DNA of 64,000 bases, taken from assembly GCA_963833985.1 (NCBI GenBank), contig CAWIAD010000001.1:768001-832000 (forward strand), written 5' to 3'. Position 1 is the stretch's first letter. The number at the start of each line of letters is the position of its first letter. Positions 9,445 through 20,731 of this stretch are shown one piece after another. The DNA is from an uncultured Planctomycetaceae bacterium. Lineage in GTDB: Bacteria; Planctomycetota; Planctomycetia; Isosphaerales; Isosphaeraceae. A program made the position numbers and the translations under genes. The notes beneath the pieces were generated by a model, which was not told the DNA's origin, made no database searches, and was given only the letters and a program-made list of their open reading frames with translations.

Positions 9445-9823
9445 GGAGACGTTCGACTTTCTGGGTTATACCCTCGGCCGGAACTACGACCGACGAACGG
9501 GCCGATCCTACATAGGGTCACGCCCATCGCGGAAGAAGATCATTCGGCTGTGCAGCGAGATCAGTGCGATGACGACGCGCCAGACCACTGGACAGGACGT
9601 CGAGATGCAGATTGGTCGGATCAATCGCAAGTTCCGCGGTTGGTCCAACTATTTTCGCATCGGAACGGTGAGCCCAGCCTATCGCCAAGTCAACCACCAC
9701 GTCCGCTACCGGGTACGTCAGTGGTTGTGTGCGAAGTTCAAGGTGCCGGGTCAGGGGCTCAGACGCTACCCTGACAGATACCTGCACCAGGAGTTGCATC
9801 TTTACCAGCTGCAACGAACCTAG
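9224..9823 (+). pseudogene. ltrA: group II intron reverse transcriptase/maturase, C-terminal part (no HNH endonuclease domain)
   Basis: SPLLSNIYM, YADD (VNYADDFVI), FDFLGY, RGWSNYF maturase motif. Confidence 0.92.
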
Positions 9824-10368
9824 CCGCGATGGTTTCGTGAGCGAACGTGTGAACTCAACCGATGAGACAAGCCTTGTCCGAAAGCTGGATGCGGGAACAC
9901 CGCCCGTCCAGTTTGATGAGCGGGGTGTGGAAACGAGGCCCAGCCGAGCCATCGACTCGAGCCCACCGCGCCACACCTCGACTCTACATCTTGTCACTTC
10001 TTCGATCTGATGGAACCTGGAATGGCACGATGAGAATCGTACCCCACGAGAATGGAATGGCACGATTGGAATCGTACCCCACGAGGAGAGCGGCCAGGCT
10101 TGGCTCTCAGCCCCGGGCAAGCGAACGGCCATCCTGTCCAAAGACTTCTGTGGATTTGCTGAGGCTTGCAAATCGCACGCCCGTCGCTGCGCAGCCCGAA
10201 GCGAGAAGCCTTGCAGGAGATTGGCGGGTTGCGCGGCGTTGACCCACCCTACGAATTTAGATCATATCTCAAGCAAATCAATGCATTATCCAGGACCTTT
10301 CGCAACCGTGCGGAAGCGGTCAAAATCATCGATGAAGATTTGTAGGGTGGGTCAGCGCAGCGCAACCC

Positions 10369-11815
10369 CATAGCGTCCAACTTAAGGAATTTGGCCTAGA
10401 AAAAAAGAAAGGAAGTCCTTAATCCAGTTCGCGTTGTATCGAGCAAGCGCGTCCTGGAAGAAGGAGCTTCCGTTGGGGATCATAAACAAGGTGGCCGTGT
10501 TGTTGCAATCGAGCTTGGGTTCGAAACTCGACGAGATCGGTCGTGCGACGGGCGTGATCCGGCGGCAACGAAAATTCTCGGGCGCGTCGCTGCTCAAGAC
10601 CATGGTTCTGACTGTGATGAAGACGCCTCGCCCCCATACCAACGACTTCGTCGCGACGGCGGCACTGCTGGGTGTGAACGTGACTGCCGAGGCGATCGAA
10701 AAGCGGTTCTCGGAGAAGCTCGTCGCGCACTTGCGCGCGGGTTTGGAACACGTGTTGGAGTCCGTCGTGGAGGCGTCGGCGGCCGGCGTGGCGCTGCTGG
10801 ACAAGTTCACCGCCGTCGTGATCGCCGACAGCACCACGGTGACCTTGCCCGACGAATTCGAGGCGGAATTTCCCGGCTGCGGTGGCAAAACGGGCAGTGG
10901 TAAGGCAGCGGTGAAAATTCAGGTGGCGTGGGAACTGCGCCGCGGTCAGTTGGAGAAGTTGGAGGTCCATCCCGGTCGTCACAGCGACGCCACGAGCGTG
11001 GACGTGGACGCACCAGTGGCCTCCGGATCGCTGACGCTCCGCGACCTGGGATACTTTTGCCTGGAGCGGTTCCGATCCATCGGCGCAAGGAGCTTATTGG
11101 ATTTCGCGTTGGCAACACGGCACGGCCGTTTTCGACGCGGAGGGGCGGCGATGGGAGATGCTGGCGTTTCTCCGACGGCAACCCGCCGGCATGCCGGTCG
11201 ACGTGTCGATCGCGGTGGGCGCGGCGGAGCGTCTGGGATGTCGGTTGATCGCCTTGCGAGTGCCTCCGGAGGTGGCGAACCGACGTCGGCAAGCGGCCTA
11301 CGAAAAGGCTCAAAAACACGGCCGCGTGCCCACGCAAGAACATCTGGACTTGTGCGACTGGACGATTTTCCTGACCAACTGCCTGGCCGCACTTCTGACG
11401 TGGAAAGAGGTCGTGGTCCTGTATCGGACGCGCTGGCAAATCGAACTGCTGTTCAAACTTTGGAAATCTCACAACCACCTCGCCGAGTCGCGTGCACACT
11501 GGACCAGCATGGAACGCCTGGCGTTGTTCTGGGCGAAACTGATCGGCGTGGTGCTTCAGCATTGGCTGCTCCTGACCGCGAACGCGGCCGATCCCCGCCG
11601 CAGCCACTGGAAAGCGGCCCGCGTCATCCGGAACTGGATGGAATCCCTGACCCGAGCGTTGGATAACATCGACGAGCTCATACGCACCTTGAGAGACATG
11701 GCCACGACGATCGCTAGCGTCGCTCAGAAGAAACGTCGGAAGAAACGGCCCAGCCTATTCCAACTCCTTTTGGATCCAGAACTTCTGGAATGGAATCCTT
11801 AAGTTGGACGCTATG
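10369..11815 (+). mobile_element. IS4 family insertion sequence (IS231-like ends), 1,447 bp
   Basis: Terminal inverted repeats catagcgtccaacttaagga / tccttaagttggacgctatg; DDE transposase inside. Confidence 0.9.
10473..11802 (+). CDS. IS4 family transposase with a frameshift near 11085
   Basis: IADST, RDLGYF, YRTRWQIELLFKLWK (YREK signature); TTG start after AAGGAG; stop lies inside the right IR. Confidence 0.88.
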
Positions 11816-12223
11816 GGGTCAGCGCCGCGCAACCCGCCAATCGAGGGAGATTTGTAGGGTGGGTCAGAGCGAGCGCGGCCCACCAAACCCTCTGAGTGAT
11901 CCGTCGTAAACTTCTGGGATCTGGTGGGTTGCGCGGTGCTGACCCACCCTACCAGACTCGTTCTAAGCCAAGGGACACAACATCGAGGGGGTTTCGCGAG
12001 GGTGCGGAGGTGGTCAGAATAATTTGCGACGGCGTCGAGATTGCGGCGATGAGGCACTGGCTGCTTGCGATGCGAGGCCGCAACTCCTAAAACGAATGCC
12101 AATGAATTCAAGGCGATCGAAGGGACAACCCCCTGGGTGAGACCGGATATCCTGGCCAGGGGGTGGTCGCCGTGGTGGCTGAGTTGGTTCGTGCAGCAAA
12201 GGCAGGCTGCCGGGGAGAGACGA

Positions 12224-13465
12224 ATGAGCGATCAGAATCTTGCATCACGCGTCCATGAAGCGATCGAGGCTGGCGAGGGAATTCTGCGGCTGGCACCGAC
12301 GTGGGTGCCCCGCTCGTTCCTGATGCCGGGAGGGCGGCTCAAGCTGTCGCGCGAGGACCTCTATGCCCTGGGCACCCATCGGGGCGGCATCGACGAGCGC
12401 TGGTTCGCCTCCACCACGGCCGCGGCGAACGAGGGCGCTCCGGCCGACGAGGGGCTGAGCTATGTCGTCTACAGCGGAGAACGGTTCACGCTTCGCGACG
12501 CCATTGCCCTGCACGGCCCGGAGATGATCGGCTCGAAGCTCTGGGACGCCTACCAGCGCTGGCCGGTCTACAGCAAGTTCTTCGACAACCTCGGCCCGAT
12601 CCCGCACCACATGCACCAGAACCAGGAGCAGGCCGCCAAGCTCGGCCGCGAGGGGAAGCCGGAAAGCTACTACTTCCCGCCCCAGTTGAACTGGACCGGG
12701 AACAACTTCCCCTACACGTTCTTCGGCCTGGAGCCCGGCACGAGGAAGGACGACCTGAGGAGCTGCCTGGAGCGCTGGAACCAGGGCGACAACGGGATCC
12801 TTGACCTGTCAAAAGCTTACCGGCTCAAGCCCGGTACCGGCTGGCTGGTGCCACCGGACGTGCTCCATGCCCCGGGCTCGCTGGTGACCTTCGAGCCGCA
12901 GTGGGGCTCGGACGTCTTTGGCATGTACCAGTCGATGGTCGAGGGCAGGCGCGTTCCCTGGGAATTGCTGGTCAAGGACGTTCCCGAGGCCTACCACCAT
13001 GACCTGGACTACCTGGTCGATCAGCTCGACTGGGAAAAGAATGTCGATCCTGAATTCAAGGCCCACAACTACCTGGAGCCGATCGTCCGCTCGGGGAGCG
13101 CGGCGGAGGGCTTCGTGGATAAGTGGATCGTCTATGGCACCGTCGACGGCAAGCAACTCTTCAGCGCCTGCGAGCTGACGGTCCTGCCGGGCCGCTCCAC
13201 CACCATCAAGGACCCTGGCGCCTACGGCCTGATCGTGGTGCAGGGAAGCGGCCAGATCGGCGCGATCGAACTGGACAGTCCCAATTTCATCCGCTACGGC
13301 GAGCTCACCAAGGACGAGGTGTTCGTCACCGCGAGGCGGGCCGGCGAGGGAGTTGCGTTCAAGAACACCGGCAGCGAGCCGTTCGTGAGCCTGCGCTACT
13401 TCGGGCCGGACACGCACGCGAATCTGCCGAGCGTCGGCGATCACCGGCACTCGGAAAGGCGTTGA
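12224..13465 (+). CDS. cupin-fold protein, phosphomannose-isomerase-like
   Basis: PIPHHMH, GKPESYYF, LHAPG...EPQ motifs resembling type I PMI metal ligands; GGGGAG RBS. Confidence 0.65.
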   Translation: MSDQNLASRVHEAIEAGEGILRLAPTWVPRSFLMPGGRLKLSREDLYALGTHRGGIDERWFASTTAAANEGAPADEGLSYVVYSGERFTLRDAIALHGPEMIGSKLWDAYQRWPVYSKFFDNLGPIPHHMHQNQEQAAKLGREGKPESYYFPPQLNWTGNNFPYTFFGLEPGTRKDDLRSCLERWNQGDNGILDLSKAYRLKPGTGWLVPPDVLHAPGSLVTFEPQWGSDVFGMYQSMVEGRRVPWELLVKDVPEAYHHDLDYLVDQLDWEKNVDPEFKAHNYLEPIVRSGSAAEGFVDKWIVYGTVDGKQLFSACELTVLPGRSTTIKDPGAYGLIVVQGSGQIGAIELDSPNFIRYGELTKDEVFVTARRAGEGVAFKNTGSEPFVSLRYFGPDTHANLPSVGDHRHSERR

Positions 13466-13559
13466 CCCCGACGATCAGGCCGCGGTCGATCGCGCCGCGG
13501 GGGGTGGAACAGATCGAGGCGGCTTGCCGTGCGGGCCGCCTGCACGATGAGGGTTTTGC

Positions 13560-13913
13560 ATGATAAGCTGGACGCTGGTGGTCGTGGCGGTTGTGCTGGT
13601 ACTGGGCGGGCTGTTCGCGGTCCTGGTCGTCTTCAGCCTTTCGCGGTCGGCGTCCGGCGGTGACCTGGAGTGGCAGATTGCCCGGCTGGAGCGAAAGGTC
13701 GAGCTCATCCTCACCCATCTGGGAATCGGACATGATGAGCACGTACCCGAGCCCGTGATCAAGCTGGCGCGGGACGGGCGAACGCAGGAAGCGGTCCGCG
13801 AATACGCCCGGCTCACAGGCGTCAGCGAATCGGTCGCGCGGCGTGAGGTCGAGTTTGTCGAGGAGCGGCTCAAGCAGCCGAAAGCGGGCCCGGCAGGGGA
13901 TGACCGCGGCTAG
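13560..13913 (+). CDS. small membrane-anchored hypothetical protein (L7/L12 C-terminal-like tail)
   Basis: N-terminal TM helix, RLERKVELIL, EAVREYARLTGVS. Confidence 0.6.
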   Translation: MISWTLVVVAVVLVLGGLFAVLVVFSLSRSASGGDLEWQIARLERKVELILTHLGIGHDEHVPEPVIKLARDGRTQEAVREYARLTGVSESVARREVEFVEERLKQPKAGPAGDDRG

Positions 13914-13961
13914 TGCCGCGAGGAGCCTTCACGTCGAATCAATCAAAGGAGGCATCGGCGC

Positions 13962-14612
13962 ATGGCAGATCCCTGGATTCAGGAATCCGATGAGCTCGAT
14001 GACGGACAGGGTCCCGGGGCAGGGCTGTTCGGCCGTATCAAGGCCGCGCTGGATCCCGCCGAGTTCCTGCTCTGGGCGGATCGCCCGCGGGGCCCTGCTC
14101 CCTTGCGTGTGCCGGTCGTCCCGGCCGTCTTCATCTCGGTGCTGGCCGGTCTGAGCGGGTTCTCGCTTGCGGCCCTCTTCGGCATGGTGGGTGAAGCCTG
14201 GCTCAAGCCGTGGCGATTGGCCCTGGCCCTGGGGCTCGGCCCCTGCGTCCTGGGGGGGATGATCGTTCTCCATTTGATCTCCGTGCTCGTGCGGCGCTGG
14301 CTGCGCCGCCGCCGGCTGGCGCGCATGATCTACGCGGTAACGGACCGGCGGGCCATCGTGGCCCGGATTGCCAGCGCCGGGGGAGAGATGGAATGGCGCT
14401 GGCTGCGGCCCGGAGAGATCCTCGACACGCGCATCTTCGAGAACCCTGACGGGTCGGGAGACCTCTACTTCATCGGCCAGGAGAGCGATGACTGGCTCTC
14501 CCTGGGGTTCTTCGAGATCCGCCAGGTGAGCTTTGTCGAAGCTCTGGTTCGTGAGGCGCTGCTGGATTTTGAAGGCGACTGGTGGAAGCTGGGACCGGCC
14601 GGCGCCTGCTGA
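13962..14612 (+). CDS. hypothetical membrane protein (2 TM)
   Basis: AGGAGG RBS; two hydrophobic segments; YAVTDRRAI motif. Confidence 0.7.
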   Translation: MADPWIQESDELDDGQGPGAGLFGRIKAALDPAEFLLWADRPRGPAPLRVPVVPAVFISVLAGLSGFSLAALFGMVGEAWLKPWRLALALGLGPCVLGGMIVLHLISVLVRRWLRRRRLARMIYAVTDRRAIVARIASAGGEMEWRWLRPGEILDTRIFENPDGSGDLYFIGQESDDWLSLGFFEIRQVSFVEALVREALLDFEGDWWKLGPAGAC

Positions 14613-14670
14613 AGCCGCCTTGTTGCGCGTTATTGGCGTCGTCCCCCCTCTGACTTGCGAGGAAATCCTC

Positions 14671-15741
<1,071 letters not shown>

Positions 15742-15855
15742 CCGGGCATTGTCGAGCCTGGGCCCGAGGCACCCACGTGCCTGGGTGTCCTGGTTCAGGA
15801 CCCCGAGGCATGAGACGTCGTGGTGCGTGAAGTATTTCGTCCGGGAGGAGTTGCT

Positions 15856-16656
15856 GTGCCCAGCCCGTTTCCAGGCATGGACCCGTACCTCGAGAATCCG
15901 GCCCTCTGGCGCGGGGTCCACCACTGGCTGATCACTGCGGCCGCCGAGCAGCTCCAGCCGCAGCTTGTCGCGCGTGGATGTTATATCGACGTCGAAAGCC
16001 GAATCTGGCGGGAAGAGCCGGAACGCGCCGTCTATCTGGATGGGACGCTGCTGGAATCGAATCATTTCGCGGCAGCAATTCCGGGCGAACTTCCCAGGAC
16101 TCTGGTTGCCGACGAACCGGTGCGTGTGCGCGTCCTGGAAGCGGAAGTCCGTGAGGATTACTTGCAGGTCTACGAGACCGCGACACGTCGTTTGCTCACG
16201 GGAATTGAGTTTGTGAGCCCCAGCCACAAGTCCGATAGCGACGCAAGAGAATTCTACCTCCGAAAGCGCAGAGAACTGAGGGCGGCCCTCGTGAATTTCG
16301 TCGAGATCGACCTGCTCCGGGGCGGAAAGAAGGTTGTCCGTCTGCCCGCCCCGCTCCTCACGCGGCCTCGGGGTACGTGCTATCTGGCGAACGTCGTCCG
16401 TGCAGGCAATCCGGATTATGAGTTCTACCCGATCAGCCTCCGCACACGGCTGCCGCGCATCCGCATTCCTGTCCGGCCGGGAGAGCCGGATGTCGTGCTC
16501 GACCTCCAGGCGGCACGCGAGCGCGTCTACGAGGCCGGCGCTTACCAGTCGCGGATCGATTACCAGGCCGAACCGACGCCTCCTTTGTGCGGTGATGACG
16601 CGGCCTGGGCCAGCGAAACCCTCGCGGCCTCGGGCGCTCACCACCAGACCGCTTGA
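15856..16656 (+). CDS. DUF4058 family protein
   Basis: (M)PSPFPGMDPYLE N-terminus, IEFVSPSHK, VEIDLLRGG; GGAGGAG RBS before GTG. Confidence 0.88.
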   Translation: MPSPFPGMDPYLENPALWRGVHHWLITAAAEQLQPQLVARGCYIDVESRIWREEPERAVYLDGTLLESNHFAAAIPGELPRTLVADEPVRVRVLEAEVREDYLQVYETATRRLLTGIEFVSPSHKSDSDAREFYLRKRRELRAALVNFVEIDLLRGGKKVVRLPAPLLTRPRGTCYLANVVRAGNPDYEFYPISLRTRLPRIRIPVRPGEPDVVLDLQAARERVYEAGAYQSRIDYQAEPTPPLCGDDAAWASETLAASGAHHQTA

Positions 16657-16710
16657 GGCATGTCCCGCAAACCAAAGTTCCTTTTCCCCGATGAGACGGA
16701 AGGTGCAACG

Positions 16711-17859
16711 ATGCCCGCTTTGAAACCGCTGAACATCGGCCTGGTTGGCTACGGCTTCATGGGCCGCACGCATTCCAATGCGTACAAGCGCGTGACCGAT
16801 TTCTTCGACGTGCAGTACCAGCCCGTGCTCAAGGCAGTCTGCGGCCGCAGCGAGGCAGGCGCCAGGGCGTTCGCCCAGAAGTGGGGCTACCAGTCGGCCG
16901 AGACCGACTGGCGGCAGCTCGTCGAGCGCAAAGACATCGATGCAATCGACATTTGCACCCCCAATAACACTCACTCCGAGATTGCCATGGCCGCCGCCGA
17001 GGCCGGCAAGATGGTCCTCTGCGAGAAGCCGCTGGCGATGAACCTCGTCGAGGGCCAGCAGATGGTCGACGCGGTGGAGCGGGCTGGCGTGCCCAACACG
17101 GTCTGGTACAACTACCGCCGGGTGCCCGCCGTGACGCTCGCCAAGTTCCTCATTGACGACGGGCGGCTGGGCCAGATCTTCCACTACCGGGCCAACTTCC
17201 TCCAGGACTGGACGATCTCGGCCGACCTTCCCCAGGGAGGCACCGCACTGTGGCGGCTGGACGTCGGGGCCGCCGGCTCGGGCGTCACCGGCGACCTGCT
17301 GGCGCACTGCATCGACACGGCACTGTGGCTGAACGGGCACATCAACACCGTCTGCGCCATGACCGAGACCTTCGTGAAGGAGCGCAAGCACAACCTCACC
17401 GGCAAGGTGGAACCGGTGGGAATCGACGACGCCTGCGCGTTCCTCTGCCGCTTCGAGAACGGCTCGCTGGGGAATTTCGAATCCACCCGGTACGCCCGCG
17501 GCCACAAGGCCCTCTACACCCTGGAGGTCAACGGCGCGAAGGCATCGCTCAAGTGGGACCTGCACGACCTGCACCGGCTCCAGTATTTCGACCACGGCGA
17601 TGATTCGCTGGTGCGCGGCTGGCGGTCGGTGCACGTGACCGACGGCGACATGCCGTACATGAAGCACTGGTGGGTGCCCGGCCTCCAGATCGGCTACGAG
17701 CACACCTTCGTGCACCAGTTCGCTGATTTCCTGGAGAACCTGGCCAGGGGCGAGTCCACCGCGCCCACCTTCCGCGACGCCCTGGCCACGCAGGCCGTGT
17801 GCGACGCCGTGCTCGACTCGGCCGAGCACCAGAAGTGGGAGACAGTGGTGCCGGTGTGA
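16711..17859 (+). CDS. Gfo/Idh/MocA family oxidoreductase
   Basis: [27 protein letters not shown]. Confidence 0.93.
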   Translation: MPALKPLNIGLVGYGFMGRTHSNAYKRVTDFFDVQYQPVLKAVCGRSEAGARAFAQKWGYQSAETDWRQLVERKDIDAIDICTPNNTHSEIAMAAAEAGKMVLCEKPLAMNLVEGQQMVDAVERAGVPNTVWYNYRRVPAVTLAKFLIDDGRLGQIFHYRANFLQDWTISADLPQGGTALWRLDVGAAGSGVTGDLLAHCIDTALWLNGHINTVCAMTETFVKERKHNLTGKVEPVGIDDACAFLCRFENGSLGNFESTRYARGHKALYTLEVNGAKASLKWDLHDLHRLQYFDHGDDSLVRGWRSVHVTDGDMPYMKHWWVPGLQIGYEHTFVHQFADFLENLARGESTAPTFRDALATQAVCDAVLDSAEHQKWETVVPV

Positions 17860-17869
17860 GCGAAATGGA

Positions 17870-18376
17870 ATGGGCGAGCTTATAATGGGTGTGGATTTGG
17901 GGAGCCAAAGCGTGCCGCGACTCACATTTTTTCGACAGAAACGATACGACGGCGGCCTTCGAATGGGTCTTGAGATCGACGGGTTACCGGTCTTGACCCA
18001 TTTCGAGGAGGGCCCGCCTGACTTGCAAGATGACCCTCTGGGCTCTGCCTTGCTCTGGTATGTTGATATTACTTGCTCAGGAAAGACTCTGCCCACCGAG
18101 CCGGAAGCTGCAAGGCAGTGGTTCGAAAAACAGAAATCAACGATCCACGAAGGGTTGGCCCGATTTGCCGACGCGATCCGGGCCGGCACGGATGACGATT
18201 ATCCACTTCAGTGGAGTGACTTTCCTGGACGCCCCGCGGATGTCGATATCAGGCTGGTTTGTTCCTCGATCCGAGGGATCAAGGGCCCTGAGTTCTCCGA
18301 AACCATTCGCGATACTGACTTGCATCTGGTGGACTATCTTGAACGGTTGTCCGAGCCTGTTCCCGTTGCGCGATGA
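17870..18376 (+). CDS. hypothetical protein directly upstream of a PIN gene (candidate antitoxin)
   Basis: Acidic ~165-aa ORF ending 9 nt before the PIN start; alternative start at 17885. Confidence 0.6.
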   Translation: MGELIMGVDLGSQSVPRLTFFRQKRYDGGLRMGLEIDGLPVLTHFEEGPPDLQDDPLGSALLWYVDITCSGKTLPTEPEAARQWFEKQKSTIHEGLARFADAIRAGTDDDYPLQWSDFPGRPADVDIRLVCSSIRGIKGPEFSETIRDTDLHLVDYLERLSEPVPVAR

Positions 18377-18638
18377 GGCGGATCGATGAACCGGCTGAGG
18401 GTGCTGGATACGAATCGTCTGATTGCTCACTGGCGGTCGCGCGAGGGACCGCTCTCGGATTACACTCAGAAGGATGCCTCGGCATGGGCGAAAAGGCTCA
18501 TCGAACTGGCAGGCACTCCCAAGACCGTCACCCCCGTGGTGATCGAGTTCCTCTGCGGTGCGAGAGACGGCCATGAACTGTCCTTGTCCCGCGCGTTCCT
18601 GAACGAATTTGAAATTGTTGATCGTGGAGCGATTCTGA

Positions 18639-19560
18639 GAGGGAGTTCGGAAACTTGGGTGGGCTGGACAGATTTTCTGAATTGAGCAGAATCTTCTCAG
18701 GGGAAGGGTAGTCATCGAACAAGGGCGGAGCCCGATCATGGACGAGCGCACGGCGCGGAAGGCGTATGAGAGCGATCTTACTGACGAAGAGTGGAGGATT
18801 GTCGAACCGCTCCTTCCTGCAGGGAAGTTCGGCGGCCGGCCGCGCACTACAAACATCCGCGAGGTGCTCAATGCGGTCTTCTACTTGTTGCGAACGGGAT
18901 GCGCCTGGCGACTCTTGCCCCACGACTTTCCACCGGCGGGCACAGTCTACGATTACTTTCGAGCGTGGTCCCGTGACGGAACTCTCCAACGAGTTCACGA
19001 CATTCTTCGTCGACGGGTTCGTGTTGCAGCGGGCCGAAACGAGGAGCCCAGCGCGGCGTGCATTGACAGCCAATCGGCAAAGACAAACGAGCAAGGGGGG
19101 ATCGATGGATACGATGCCGGGAAGAAGATCATGGGGCGCAAGCGTCACATCCTGGTGGACACCATGGGGCTGATTCTGGCTGTGGTCGTTCATTCGGCAG
19201 GTATCCAGGATCGGGACGGGGCGAAGGCAGTTTTCGATGCGATCAGGAACGACCTGCCACGGCTGCAGTTGGTCTGGGCCGACGGCGGCTACGCAGGCAA
19301 ATTGGTGGAGTGGGTCAAGAGCGAGTGTGGTTGGGTCCTGGAGATCGTGAAACGAACGGACGACGTCAAGGGTTTTAAGCTCCTGCCCCACCGCTGGGTC
19401 GTGGAGCGAACCTTCGCCTGGTTGGGACGGTTTCGCCGAATGAGCAAGGATTATGAGTTCCATCCAGAAACGTCAGCGTCAATGATTCATCTTGCTATGA
19501 TCAACATTATGGTGCGTCGGCTTGCTGCTGCCTAAACCGCGCAACTTTCCAAACTCCCTC
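18639..19560 (+). mobile_element. IS5 family insertion sequence (IS1031-like), 922 bp, TGA target duplication
   Basis: IRs gagggagttcggaaa / tttccaaactccctc; TGA at 18636-18638 and 19561-19563. Confidence 0.92.
18738..19535 (+). CDS. IS5 family transposase
   Basis: [38 protein letters not shown]. Confidence 0.95.
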   Translation: MDERTARKAYESDLTDEEWRIVEPLLPAGKFGGRPRTTNIREVLNAVFYLLRTGCAWRLLPHDFPPAGTVYDYFRAWSRDGTLQRVHDILRRRVRVAAGRNEEPSAACIDSQSAKTNEQGGIDGYDAGKKIMGRKRHILVDTMGLILAVVVHSAGIQDRDGAKAVFDAIRNDLPRLQLVWADGGYAGKLVEWVKSECGWVLEIVKRTDDVKGFKLLPHRWVVERTFAWLGRFRRMSKDYEFHPETSASMIHLAMINIMVRRLAAA

Positions 19561-19778
19561 TGAGGGAAGACTGGGAAAAAGCACGGAACTTTGCCTGCTG
19601 GGTCCCTTCAGATGGTCGCTCACGCGATTTTGCCGATTGCCTGATCGCGGCGATTGCTCGCCGCCTGGGATACGAGGTTCTCTCAAGCGATGACGGCTTT
19701 CCGCGACCAAGGTGAGACAGTGTCGAGAATTGCACCCACGGGTTCCGAATTTGATAAAACGTCAAAGGACAAGCTTCC

Positions 19779-20621
19779 ATGAAATTCGGCATGAACCTGC
19801 TGCTCTGGACCGACCACGTGACCGAGGCACATGACCCGATCATCGACGAGATCAAGGCCCTCGGGTTCGACTCCGTCGAGATCCCCATCTTCTCGACCGC
19901 CGAGCTGGCGCCCTACGAGCGGCTGGGCAAGCGGCTCAAGAGTGCAGGGCTGGCCGCGACGGGCGTCACCGTGATGGGGCCCCAGACCAACCCCATCTCG
20001 TCAGACCCCAAGGTTCGCGATGCGGCCGTGGCGCACCTGGACCGGGTGATGGAATGCGGCCAGCAGTTCGGCTGCACGATCCTCTGCGGGCCGCTCCATT
20101 CGGCCATCGGCGTCTTCTCGGGGACCGGCCCCACCGAGGACGAGTTCCGGTACGGCGTGGAGACGATGCAGCGCGCCGCGGACAGGGCGAAGGCGCGCAA
20201 CATCGTCATGGGGCTGGAATACCTCAACCGCTTCGAGAACTATTTTCTGACCACCACGGCTCAGACCGTGCGGTTCGTGCGCGCGGTGAACCATCCCGCG
20301 TGCAAGATGATGTATGACAGCTTCCACGCGCACATCGAAGAAAAGAACCAGGCGGAAGCCATCGCGGCGTGCGCCGCCGAGACCGTGCACGTGCACATCT
20401 CGGAGAACGATCGGGGCACGCCGGGAACCGGCCAGGTGCACTGGGACCAGGTGTTCGAGGGGCTCAAAAAGACCGGTTACAACGCCTCACTGACCATCGA
20501 GGCGTTCGGCACGGCGCTCCCGGCGCTGGCCGCCGCCACGCGGGTCTGGCGCAGCCTCTTCCCGGACGCCATGGAACTCTGCCGCGACGGCCTGGCGTTC
20601 ATGAAACGGCACGCCGGGTGA
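19779..20621 (+). CDS. sugar epimerase, D-psicose/D-tagatose 3-epimerase family
   Basis: EYLNRFE, DSFH, HVHISENDRG, TIEAF. Confidence 0.88.
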   Translation: MKFGMNLLLWTDHVTEAHDPIIDEIKALGFDSVEIPIFSTAELAPYERLGKRLKSAGLAATGVTVMGPQTNPISSDPKVRDAAVAHLDRVMECGQQFGCTILCGPLHSAIGVFSGTGPTEDEFRYGVETMQRAADRAKARNIVMGLEYLNRFENYFLTTTAQTVRFVRAVNHPACKMMYDSFHAHIEEKNQAEAIAACAAETVHVHISENDRGTPGTGQVHWDQVFEGLKKTGYNASLTIEAFGTALPALAAATRVWRSLFPDAMELCRDGLAFMKRHAG

Positions 20622-20731
20622 GCCAGGACGCCGCCGGCGATCCGCTTCGAAAGTGGCGCCGGACGCGATACAATAGTCCGTGTCAGCCAGTCTCGTCCCC
20701 GGCTTCCATCCGCCCAGGCGGCGTCGGTGCC

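Larger units (their letters stand above)
5979..9987 (+). mobile_element. group II intron (about 1,994 nt without the insert), RT gene interrupted
   Basis: 5' GTGCG at 5979; domain V at about 9882-9914 with AGC triad; domain VI and 3' end ...cgactctac at 9987; flanks rejoin into one repeat arm. Confidence 0.9.
5963..10085. repeat. palindromic REP-like repeat family B: one arm split by the intron (5963-5978 + 9988-9996) and two tandem opposite-orientation copies (10018-10050, 10053-10085)
   Basis: Rejoined exons read gtgggacacgactccc|atcttgtca, similar to the reverse complement of tggcacgatgagaatcgtaccccac; the two 33-bp copies differ at 2 positions. Confidence 0.75.
10226..11952. repeat. cluster of GTAG-type REP elements (10226-10252 -, 10342-10368 +, 11816-11835 duplicated hairpin, 11854-11884 +, 11923-11952 -)
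   Basis: Repeated gtagggtgggtcagcgc.gcgcaaccc or its reverse complement gggttgcgcgg.g.tgacccaccctac. Confidence 0.85.
18386..19715 (+). pseudogene. PIN-domain (VapC-like) nuclease gene split by IS5
   Basis: VLDTN...VIEFLCG (18386-18638) joins in frame to REDWEKA...DFADCLIAAIA...SSDDGF* (19564-19715), giving 134 aa. Confidence 0.88.

Noticed and set aside
6510..9823. RT as a retron, DGR or defence RT
   Set aside because: YADD plus maturase domain, GTGCG 5' end and domains V/VI identify a group II intron.
10018..11952. Repeats as a CRISPR array
   Set aside because: Copies are few, in mixed orientation, irregularly spaced and lack unique spacers; no cas genes are present.
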